Both the position numbers and the translations under genes were made by a program. A DNA stretch of 64,000 bases from Candidatus Aldehydirespirator sp. (lineage in GTDB: Bacteria > Actinomycetota > Acidimicrobiia > Acidimicrobiales > Aldehydirespiratoraceae), in assembly GCA_965203575.1 (NCBI GenBank), contig OZ241894.1:3818841-3882840 (forward strand). The letters run 5' to 3'. Within the stretch, counting starts at the first letter, position 1. Each line of letters starts with the position of its first letter. The notes beneath the pieces are model-generated. The model was not told the DNA's origin. It did not search any database and worked only from the letters and a program-made list of their open reading frames with translations. Positions 35,627 through 43,423 of the stretch are shown here, piece by piece.

Positions 35627-36855
35627 GGCTTGAAGAAGGCGGGGCTGGTGGCTTTGGCCGGGATCTCCGCCAGCGGGGTGGCGACCTGCTCCACGCTGGG
35701 ACCGTGCTCGGCGGCCAGCGGGGCCAGCCGGTCGAGGTCGAAGCCGTACAGGTCGGCCGCGTTGCCGCCCAGCAGCGCCCTCATCTCGCCGGCGTCCCAG
35801 TCGCTGAACGCCCGCTGGAGGCTCTCCAGCGAGTAGGGGTAGGTGCCCTCGTGGTGGGGGTAGTCACTGCCCCACATCACCCGGTGCACGCCCACCTTTC
35901 GGATGGCGGCCGCCTCGCCCGGCGACGGGAAGCTGGCCCCGATCCACACGTTGCGGTCGAAGTACTCCGACGGCTTCAGCGGCAGCACGATGTCGGCCGC
36001 GAAGCCGAGCTCGCCGACACGGCCGTGGCGCATCTGGCGGTGGTAGCCGTCCATGCGGCGCAGCTCCTCGACCAGCCAGGCCACCCCCTGCTCGGTCATC
36101 ACGTAGCGCAGGCTCGGGAACCGCTCGAACACGCCCGACATGATCAGGTGGGCCAGGTTGCGGTGCGAGTAGAACGGCACCTCCATCAGGAAGATCACCC
36201 CGGCGGCCGGCGCCTTGCCGTAGTCGGGTCCGCCGTTCCCGCCGTGCTGGGTCATGATCAGGTCGAGGTCGGCGGCCGCGGCCCAGAGCCGGTCCCAGCG
36301 GGGATCCCAGTAGCCGGGGAGCTCGCTGTCGGGCGGGACGTGGGGCAGCAGGAAGCTGCGGAACCCCTCGGCCGCGGCCCACTCCAGGGTGGCCACCGCG
36401 TCGTCGAGGTCCTCGGCGAAGACCTGGGGAAGCCCGCAGCGCTGGTCGGGGTAGCGGGCGCACCAGTCCCGCAGCCAGCGGTTGTGGGCGGTGATCCCCG
36501 CGAAGCGGCGCTCGTAGTCGGCCCGGTCCGACGGGGGCCGGGCGATCAGGGAACCGGTCGGGTAGAAGGGAGGGACGGTGTTGGGGAAGGTGATCTCGGC
36601 CACGACGCCGTCGGCGTACTGCTCGCTCAGGCGCCGGTCGTCGTCCCAGTTGCGGGAGCGCCCGTCGTCCTGGAGGTCGCGGTACGGGTTGCGGTAGGCG
36701 CCCCTCCATTCGAGGAACTCGTCGCGCCACGCCGGGTCGAGGTACTCCTCGTAGGCGGCCATGTTGCCGCCCGCATGGCAGTCCGCCGAGATGATCGTGT
36801 ACCGCTCGGTCGCGTCGCTGTGTGGCCCGCCCATCGGTTGGTGCTCCTCGTTCAT
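35623..36855 (-). CDS. Amidohydrolase-2 family metal-dependent hydrolase/decarboxylase (ACMSD-like)
   Basis: ATG 36855. YTIISADCHAG near the N-terminus and MWGSDYPHHEGTYPY near the C-terminus. Confidence 0.8.
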   Translation of the reverse strand: MNEEHQPMGGPHSDATERYTIISADCHAGGNMAAYEEYLDPAWRDEFLEWRGAYRNPYRDLQDDGRSRNWDDDRRLSEQYADGVVAEITFPNTVPPFYPTGSLIARPPSDRADYERRFAGITAHNRWLRDWCARYPDQRCGLPQVFAEDLDDAVATLEWAAAEGFRSFLLPHVPPDSELPGYWDPRWDRLWAAAADLDLIMTQHGGNGGPDYGKAPAAGVIFLMEVPFYSHRNLAHLIMSGVFERFPSLRYVMTEQGVAWLVEELRRMDGYHRQMRHGRVGELGFAADIVLPLKPSEYFDRNVWIGASFPSPGEAAAIRKVGVHRVMWGSDYPHHEGTYPYSLESLQRAFSDWDAGEMRALLGGNAADLYGFDLDRLAPLAAEHGPSVEQVATPLAEIPAKATSPAFFKP

Positions 36856-36974
36856 GGTCCCGGCAGGCGGGCGGCCGCCGGCTCGACCTGGTGCCGCATG
36901 CTCCGGAGTCACCGTCGCACTCGCCTGTGGCTCGAAGTGTACGCTGGCGGCCCCGCAGATAGTTCGGAGCCGCG

Positions 36975-38207
36975 ATGGTCTCGGTCGACATGCGCACCCG
37001 GCTCGACGCCGACGTGGTCCTCATCGATCCGATCACGTTCGTGGCCGACGAGTTGCCCGACCTGATCCGCCGCAACGGCCGGCTCGCAGCCCGGGGAGCG
37101 GCCCTGGTGGGAGCCAAGGCTCTCGGGATCGACGTGGAGGGCACGCGCTTCACGCTCGCGCCGACCGAACACACCATCGAGATGCACGGCGGCACCGCCG
37201 GCGCCCGGGTTGTCGTGGAGCTGGACCGGAATTCCTTCAGCGACCTGGTCCAGGACCTGCAGACGCCCCAGACCCTGGCTACCTCCCTCGTCACCCGCCT
37301 GCCCATGGCCGACCACTTCCGCTGGCTGAAGTGGTGGCCGGTGCTGCGGGCCATCATCGACGGGCGAGCGGTCCACGAACCCGGCGACATCGGATTCTGC
37401 GACCGCGACGGCCGGCCCCTCGATCTCGGCCGCAGCTTCACGCCCGGCGACGAAGATGCCGAGATGGCCCATTTCCTGGGCGAGGCCGGCTTCCTGCACC
37501 TCGAGGGCTGGTGGCCCGCCGAGATGATGGCCGAGATCTCGGCCGACATGGACCGGGCGCTGCCCGGCTACCAGCCCGACGACGGCCGCAGCTGGTGGGC
37601 GACGACCGGCGACGGTTCGAACCGCTGCGTGAGGATGCGCTTCTTCCAGGAGCACTCGCCGGCGGCCGACGAGCTCCTCGCCGATCCCCGACACGCCCGC
37701 ATCGGCGCCCTCACCGACGACGGCCATGTCCCCCGCACCCGGGTCCACGGCGAGAACGCCATCGAGGCGCTGGTGAAGCCGCTCGACGTGGTGTCGGGCA
37801 TCTCCGATCTCCCGTGGCACAAGGACTGCAGCCTGGGACGCCACAGCTACGACTGCTGCGCGATGACGACGGGGATCTCGGTCACGGGCGCCGACGACCG
37901 CTCGGGCCAGCTGGCGGTGGTGGCCGGCTCGCACCGGGCCAACGTGCAGCCCAACTTCATCCACCCCTACCTGGATCTTCCCGTCGTGCCGCTGCCGACA
38001 CGGGCCGGGGACGTCACCGTGCATCTGAGCTGCACGCTCCACATGAGCTACGCGCCCGTCGACCGCGAGCGCCGGGTGATGTACACCGGCTTCTCGCTGC
38101 CGGGCGAGCGGGGCAACACGATCGGCGCCGACCTCGGATCGGTACGCGAGAACGCCCACCACAACGTGAGCCAGACGCCGGCCGCCCTCCAGCACGCGAA
38201 CGTCTAG
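36975..38207 (+). CDS. Phytanoyl-CoA dioxygenase (PhyH)-family Fe(II)/2-oxoglutarate oxygenase with an N-terminal extra domain
   Basis: An HxD in DLPWHKDCS and a distal His in VTVHLSCTLHMS. 410 aa. Confidence 0.65.
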   Translation: MVSVDMRTRLDADVVLIDPITFVADELPDLIRRNGRLAARGAALVGAKALGIDVEGTRFTLAPTEHTIEMHGGTAGARVVVELDRNSFSDLVQDLQTPQTLATSLVTRLPMADHFRWLKWWPVLRAIIDGRAVHEPGDIGFCDRDGRPLDLGRSFTPGDEDAEMAHFLGEAGFLHLEGWWPAEMMAEISADMDRALPGYQPDDGRSWWATTGDGSNRCVRMRFFQEHSPAADELLADPRHARIGALTDDGHVPRTRVHGENAIEALVKPLDVVSGISDLPWHKDCSLGRHSYDCCAMTTGISVTGADDRSGQLAVVAGSHRANVQPNFIHPYLDLPVVPLPTRAGDVTVHLSCTLHMSYAPVDRERRVMYTGFSLPGERGNTIGADLGSVRENAHHNVSQTPAALQHANV

Positions 38208-38244
38208 ATGGCCGCGCAACGCTGCCCGAGCGGCGAGGACTGAG

Positions 38245-38451
38245 ATGATCAACGCAGAGGTCGTGCACGCCGCTGAGGCCGCCCTGGGCGAGGGCTGCGT
38301 GTGGTCGCCGGTCGAGAACCTGCTCGTCTGGGTCGACATCAACGGCCAGGCCGTGCATCGCTTCGATCATGGGCACATCGCGGCCTCTTGGCCCGCGCCA
38401 CTGCGTATATTCGGGTTCGCCCCCGGTTGCCTTCGGAAAGTCCGCGCCTGA
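38245..38451 (+). pseudogene. N-terminal fragment of an SMP-30/gluconolactonase/LRE-like gene
   Basis: LGEGCVWSPVENLLVWVDINGQAVHRFD matches the first blade of the family. The ORF ends after 68 aa, directly in front of the SOD gene. Confidence 0.5.
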
Positions 38452-38452
38452 A

Positions 38453-39046
38453 ATGACGATCGAGCATGCCCCCCTCCCCTATCCGCTCGACGGGCTCGCG
38501 CCCCACATCTCCGAGCGCACGATGAGCTTCCACTACGGCCGCCACCACGCCGGCTACGTCGCCAGCGTCAACCGCACGATCGCGGGAACGGCCCACGAGA
38601 ACGCCTCCCTGGAGGACATCGTGGCCGCGGCCGACGTGCCGTCGGCACTGTTCAACTGCTCGGCCCAGGCCTGGAACCACGCCTTCTACTGGGACTCGAT
38701 GAGTCCGGGGGGCGTCGAGGCGCCCTCGGGCGAGCTGCTGGCCGCGCTGGAGCGCAGCTTCGGCTCGCTGGACGCCTTCAACACCGAGTTCGCGGCGGCC
38801 GCGGTGGGGAACTTCGCGTCGGGGTGGACCTGGCTGGTGGCCGGAGCCGATGGCCTGAGCATTGTCAACACCGACGACGCCGACACCCCGCTGCGCCACG
38901 GCCAGCGGGCCCTGCTGACCATCGACGTGTGGGAGCACGCCTACTACCTCGACTACCAGAACGCCCGACCCGCCTACGTGGACGCCTTCATCGAGCAGCT
39001 AGTCAACTGGGAGTTCGCCTCCGCCAACTACGCCGCAGCCGGCTAG
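38453..39046 (+). CDS. Fe/Mn superoxide dismutase (Fe-type features)
   Basis: LPYPLDGLAPHIS, FHYGRHHAGY, AQAWNHAFYW and DVWEHAYYLDYQN. 197 aa from ATG 38453. Confidence 0.9.
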   Translation: MTIEHAPLPYPLDGLAPHISERTMSFHYGRHHAGYVASVNRTIAGTAHENASLEDIVAAADVPSALFNCSAQAWNHAFYWDSMSPGGVEAPSGELLAALERSFGSLDAFNTEFAAAAVGNFASGWTWLVAGADGLSIVNTDDADTPLRHGQRALLTIDVWEHAYYLDYQNARPAYVDAFIEQLVNWEFASANYAAAG

Positions 39047-39094
39047 CCGAGGCCGGGCTGACGGCAGGGGTGCAGCGCTCCGTAGCATGCGAGA

Positions 39095-39146
39095 GCCGGA
39101 GCGGCTCCCTCACGTCGTTAGCAGGGAAGCGGGGAATCGCTCCGGC
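39095..39146. other. Long imperfect hairpin downstream of the SOD gene (possible terminator or structured RNA)
   Basis: GCCGGAGCG (39095-39103) pairs with CGCTCCGGC (39138-39146). An inner GCTCCCT / AGGGAAGC partial pairing is also present. There is no U-tract. Confidence 0.3.
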
Positions 39147-39225
39147 ACCGGATCACATTGTACCTACTCCCAGAGCGCGATCACAAGTTCATAGCGAGAG
39201 TGAGTGCAAGTGCTGATCGCTGCCT

Positions 39226-39627
39226 CTAGGTCGGCGCGGCCGGTGTGGGCCGTCGAGCCAGCGGGACCAAGAGTTCCAGTAGTTCCGCGATGCTCTCAAG
39301 GTCTCTGCCGATCTCGGCGGCATCGAGATGGCGCTTGCGCCGGTAGTAGTTGCTGTGCAATTCGTTGGCGATGGCGCGCAGGCCCCGCAGCCGGTCCTCG
39401 CCGGTCGCTGCCGTGGCCCTGTTCAACACGAGGCTGAAGTCTGCGTGAGTGTCGTAGGGCCACCCCTGGGCGACCGCGACGGCTTTTGCCATGTGGGCGG
39501 CCGCGCCCCAGCCCTTCTCGGAGGCTTGATGCAGGTGACCAGCGGCAAGATAAGCGCGGCCCCGGTTCAGGAAGTCGCGAGCTTGAGCCTCAAAGTCGGC
39601 TATCGCAACGAGATCTTCGGCTGCCAT
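39226..39627 (-). CDS. HEPN-like / PaREP1-like helical protein
   Basis: 133 aa. The pattern ..LAAGHLHQASEKGWGAAAHMAKAVA..YDTHADF..ELHSNYYRR resembles the PaREP1/HEPN family. No partner gene is evident. Confidence 0.45.
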   Translation of the reverse strand: MAAEDLVAIADFEAQARDFLNRGRAYLAAGHLHQASEKGWGAAAHMAKAVAVAQGWPYDTHADFSLVLNRATAATGEDRLRGLRAIANELHSNYYRRKRHLDAAEIGRDLESIAELLELLVPLARRPTPAAPT

Positions 39628-39761
39628 CGACGTCCTCCTCCAGCCTCGGTCTGACCCGGCTACAAGATCAGCATAGCTTCATATCTTGGATTGCTCCATA
39701 TGTAGCTGAAAATCATTATAAATGCTTGACAAGTGTCACACCGGTGTGGGATGATGTCTTC
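39628..39761. promoter_or_regulatory. AT-rich divergent intergenic region with promoter-like hexamers and a 12-bp perfect palindrome
   Basis: TTGACA on the plus strand at 39726-39731. A perfect TATAAT on the minus strand at 39720-39715. The palindrome CACACCGGTGTG is at 39737-39748. Full promoter geometry (matching -35/-10 pairs) was not found. Confidence 0.35.
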
Positions 39762-39786
39762 ATGCTGATCGACGACGCCCGACAGG

Positions 39787-40083
39787 TTGAGGCCGCGGCC
39801 AGGAGGGTCTTGGCAGAGGTGCCACCACCGGATCCACCACGACAACTGGCAGATCCACAAGAGCCCCGACGGATGGCACACCCTTCACCCACCCGACCGA
39901 GTGAGCTACGGACCCGCCCACGCCCCCGAAGAGGCCGCACTGTTCAAGCCGGGGCCCAGGCCAGAACCGGATCCGAACCAAGCCAGAGCAGGACCCGACA
40001 CGACCCGGGCTGGACTTGCGGCAGCCCGAGCCACTCTCCGCGAGGCCAAGCCACAGCGGGAGGCCGTCGCGGCAGGGGCGTGA
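39787..40083 (+). pseudogene. Possible C-terminal remnant of an actinobacterial HNH endonuclease (DUF222/13E12-type)
   Basis: This frame has the best GC3 in the region. CHHRIHHDNWQIHKSPDGWHTLHPPDRVSYGP fits the C..HH..[KH]..W..PDG..W..P.[GD]R.Y tail of those nucleases. The upstream nuclease body is absent. Confidence 0.3.
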
Positions 40084-40225
40084 TACCACTGCTGGCAGGG
40101 TTCGTTCACGAGGGGACCAGCAGCCGCAACCGGAAACTGGCCGGACGCTGGCCGAGTGCCCTCACTGGCTGGCCGGTTGGCCCCGCGTCGTGGGATCTCA
40201 TCGCGAGATCGTTCCGCCTGGTTGT

Positions 40226-41095
40226 TCAGTCGTCGACGAGTAGTTCGATGAGGGAGCTGGTGTCCCAGCGGCCGCGGCCTTGGCGCTGGAGGCGGGCGTA
40301 GTACTGGTCGATCACCGCGGTGAGCGGCAGGGTGGCTCCGATGCGCTCCGCCTCCGCGAAGCAGATGGCCAGGTCCTTGCGCATCCAGTCGAGGGCGAAG
40401 CCGAAGTCGAACTCGCGGCGGGCCATGGTCACGCCCCGGTTGGCCATCTGCCACGACCCGGCCGCTCCCTGGGAGATGGTCGCCACCACCTGCTCGATGT
40501 CGAGCCCGGCCCGGCGGGCGAAGTCGATCCCCTCGGCCAGACCCTGAACCAGCCCCGCGATGCAGATCTGGTTCACCATCTTGGTGCGCTGGCCGCTTCC
40601 CGGACCGCCCAGCAGGGTGACCGCCTTGGCGTAGGCGTCGATCACCGGCTGGGCCCGGTCGAAGTCGGCCTGGTCGCCACCGCACATGACGGTGAGCACT
40701 CCGTTCTCGGCGCCGGCCTGGCCCCCGGAGATGGGAGCGTCCACGAAGCCGACGCCCCGCTCGCCCGCCGCGGCGTGCAGCTCCTGGGCCAGGTCGGCCG
40801 ACGCGGTGGTGTGGTCGACCAGGACCGACCCAGATGCCATCGACTCCAACACCCCCCCTGCGGCCAGCGTCACCGAGCGGACGTCACCGTCGTTGCCGAC
40901 GCACACGAAGACGAACTCGGCATCAGCGGCTGCACCCGCGGGCGTCGGCGCGGCCGTGCCGCCGTGCTCGGCCACCCAGGCCTCGGCCCGGGAAGCCGTC
41001 CGGTTGTAGACGGTGACGTCGTGGCCTGCCGATACCAGGTGACCGGCCATGGGATAGCCCATGACCCCGAGCCCGACGAATGCGCAACCGGCCAT
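40226..41095 (-). CDS. NAD(P)-dependent 3-hydroxyisobutyrate dehydrogenase-like oxidoreductase
   Basis: ATG 41095 is preceded by AAGGAGG (6-nt spacer). MAGCAFVGLGVMGYPMAGHL Rossmann motif. It is a paralogue of 774-1757. Confidence 0.85.
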   Translation of the reverse strand: MAGCAFVGLGVMGYPMAGHLVSAGHDVTVYNRTASRAEAWVAEHGGTAAPTPAGAAADAEFVFVCVGNDGDVRSVTLAAGGVLESMASGSVLVDHTTASADLAQELHAAAGERGVGFVDAPISGGQAGAENGVLTVMCGGDQADFDRAQPVIDAYAKAVTLLGGPGSGQRTKMVNQICIAGLVQGLAEGIDFARRAGLDIEQVVATISQGAAGSWQMANRGVTMARREFDFGFALDWMRKDLAICFAEAERIGATLPLTAVIDQYYARLQRQGRGRWDTSSLIELLVDD

Positions 41096-41226
41096 TGGTG
41101 CCTCCTTCATGCCTTCACGAACCATGAACGCAACATGCGTACCTGCAGCACGGGTACGTCCGGATAAGTACCTTACGCGGCTGCATCGTGCATATTGAGC
41201 CGGGCCGGAGCGTCGGCCGGCGCCGG

Positions 41227-42789
41227 TCAGGCATCAATCGAGCGGGAAGCTCCGGGGTCCGGGGATGGAGCGGGCTCACGGATGGTCAGATGCTGGCGTG
41301 CCAACGACCTGACGTTGGCGCGGCGAGCCAGCAGCCGCTCTTCCGGAGGCATTCCCGATGTCTTGCGCAACGCGCCCGCGACGGCGTTGACCAGCATCTC
41401 GGAGGTCTCTGTCACTGTGGGTCCTTCGGGCACGATGGAGTCGATGAGTCCCTCGTCTCGCAGCGCCTCGACGTCGGCTGCCTGCCCCCTCACCATGTGG
41501 GCCGCCCTCTCGGTGCTGCGGAAGAGAATGGCTGAGGCCGCCTCCGGGGCGATGGGCGCCAGCCACGCATTCTCGAGGGCGATCACCGAGTCGGCAGCCA
41601 CCAGGGAGATCGCTCCGGCCCCCGAGCCCTCGCCCATCAGGACTGAGACGGTGGGTATCCGCACCCCTAGGAGTTCGCGAATGAGAGAGCCGACGGAATG
41701 GGCGAGGCCTTCGGACTCCTCTTCGATGCCGGCCCCTGCGCCCTTGGTGTCAATGAAGGAAACGAGGGGCAGACCCAGCTCCTCCGCAATGGCTATCGCC
41801 CGCTGCGCCTTGCGGTAGCCACCGGGAGAGACCTCCGCCCCGCGGCCCTGCGGCCTGCGGAAGCCGACCGCGACCGCGGCCTCGCCCCCGAAACGAGTGA
41901 ATCCCGTGAGCAGGTTGCGATCGTCCGAGCCGGCGCGGTCGCCGCGGATCTCTATCAGGGGCACGCCCGATGCCTCGATCACCGATTCGATCGAGGGGCG
42001 ATGCTGCGCCCTGGATCGAGTCACGCTGCGCCACACGTCGGGCCGTCGCCGGGCTCGAGTCTCAACCGGCGCCGGAGCTGACCGGCCTGCCGAGATCACC
42101 GGGGCCGCGACCTTGGGACTGACGATGTCGAGCCACTCAGTGATTCGCAGCGCCAGCTCGTCAGGTTGAACGATGTCGTCCACCAGTCCCCGCCGCAGAC
42201 TGGCTTCGGCGCTGATCTCGTCGCGGGGAAAGGCGCGTCCGGTGACCGCCTCCACGACACGGGGACCCGTGAGCGAGATCGAAGCACCCGGCGCAGCCCA
42301 CACAAGATGGCCCTGCGTGCCCAGCGCCGCGAGGGTTCCGCCCATCGTGGGATCCATCAAGTAGCTCAGGTAGGGAAGCCCGGCCTCGCGATGCTCCGAG
42401 ATGGCCGCGCCGATGGACAGCATCTTGATGAAGGCGGGCGTGCCCTCCTGCATCCGAGTCCCGCCCGATTGGCAGATGCTGATGACCGGCCTTCGGGCGA
42501 CCGTCGCGATCCCGAAGGCTCGGGTTACCCGTTCGGCCGCGGCGATGCCCAGCGTGCCTGCTACGAACTCGTAGTCGCTGCAGATCAACGCGACCGCGTG
42601 GCTGCCGATGGTGCAGAATCCGACTCTGGACGCCTCGGCCAGCGGGTCGTCAGCCTGTAGTTGTGCCAGCCGGGCGGCGTAGGCCTGATTCTCGCCGAAC
42701 GCCAGCGGGTCGGCTGTCACCACCTCCTGGGACCACTCCCGAAAGGTCCCCCCGGTCAGCTCCGCCAGAAAGCTCTCAGCTCCTGTCAT
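41227..42789 (-). CDS. Fused carboxyltransferase (AccD-like beta + AccA-like alpha halves) of an acyl-CoA carboxylase
   Basis: N-terminal half: SICQSGGTRMQEGTPAF..MGGTLA. C-terminal half: GGYRKAQRAIAIAEELGLPLVSFIDTKGA..VLMGEGSGAGA. The start is either ATG 42789 or GTG 42843. Confidence 0.8.
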   Translation of the reverse strand: MTGAESFLAELTGGTFREWSQEVVTADPLAFGENQAYAARLAQLQADDPLAEASRVGFCTIGSHAVALICSDYEFVAGTLGIAAAERVTRAFGIATVARRPVISICQSGGTRMQEGTPAFIKMLSIGAAISEHREAGLPYLSYLMDPTMGGTLAALGTQGHLVWAAPGASISLTGPRVVEAVTGRAFPRDEISAEASLRRGLVDDIVQPDELALRITEWLDIVSPKVAAPVISAGRSAPAPVETRARRRPDVWRSVTRSRAQHRPSIESVIEASGVPLIEIRGDRAGSDDRNLLTGFTRFGGEAAVAVGFRRPQGRGAEVSPGGYRKAQRAIAIAEELGLPLVSFIDTKGAGAGIEEESEGLAHSVGSLIRELLGVRIPTVSVLMGEGSGAGAISLVAADSVIALENAWLAPIAPEAASAILFRSTERAAHMVRGQAADVEALRDEGLIDSIVPEGPTVTETSEMLVNAVAGALRKTSGMPPEERLLARRANVRSLARQHLTIREPAPSPDPGASRSIDA

Positions 42790-42895
42790 CGAAGCGGACG
42801 GTACTCGTTGGCCCTCCGGGTCGTGGATGGCTGGCCTCGGCACCGCCGCGTGACATTGCGACTAGTTGCAGCACATTGCAGCCGATGCCGGGCGG

Positions 42896-43378
42896 CTACG
42901 GGGCGGGACCCTCGGTCCACAGGCGGAGGGCCACCACCGCGGCGGTGCCGGCGACGAGTCCCGGCGCCCATCTCACCTTGGCGTCGCGGCCGTGGCGGGC
43001 CAGCGCCACCGCGGCCGCCGGCCATGCGGCCAGCGCTCCCGCTGTGAGGGCCCACAGTGCCCAGGCGGGGCCCCACCAGCCTGCCAGCAGGCTGTTGACC
43101 ACTATGAGGCGCACGTCGCCGAAGCCCATCCACTGCGGCCGCAGCCGCCAGACGACCTCCAGCGACACCGCGACCGCGGCGGCGGTGGCGGCGGCCCACC
43201 CCAGACGGCCCCAGCCTGCCCCGGTTCCGGCGGCCGCGCCGAGCAGCGCGGCGACCGCCGCCCCGGCCGGCCACACCGCCCGGCGGGGGATCACGGCGCG
43301 GCGCAGGTCGGTGACAGAGACGTAGGCGCCCATCGCGGCCCACACCGCTACCGCGGCCCAGACCAGCCCCGTACTCAC
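42896..43378 (-). CDS. A24-family prepilin peptidase (TadV/CpaA-like)
   Basis: Polytopic, 160 aa. The first catalytic Asp is in VTDLRRAVIP and the second in MGFGDVRL. GTG 43378 is preceded by GAGGAGGAA. It lies 45 nt downstream of the giant ORF. Confidence 0.75.
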   Translation of the reverse strand: MSTGLVWAAVAVWAAMGAYVSVTDLRRAVIPRRAVWPAGAAVAALLGAAAGTGAGWGRLGWAAATAAAVAVSLEVVWRLRPQWMGFGDVRLIVVNSLLAGWWGPAWALWALTAGALAAWPAAAVALARHGRDAKVRWAPGLVAGTAAVVALRLWTEGPAP

Positions 43379-43423
43379 GTCTGTTTCCTCCTCTGCGTTC
43401 AACCGGTCGTCGCGAGCCTGCGG

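Noticed and set aside
33122-38342. Multiple 350-560-aa ORFs on the strands opposite to, or out of frame with, the sulfatase, amidohydrolase and PhyH genes (e.g. 34175-35836, 35704-37065, 35864-37549, 36761-38248, 36909-38342)
   Set aside because: Each overlaps a gene with clear family motifs. The translations are Arg/Pro/Gly-rich with no motifs. This is typical GC-rich shadow-frame behaviour.
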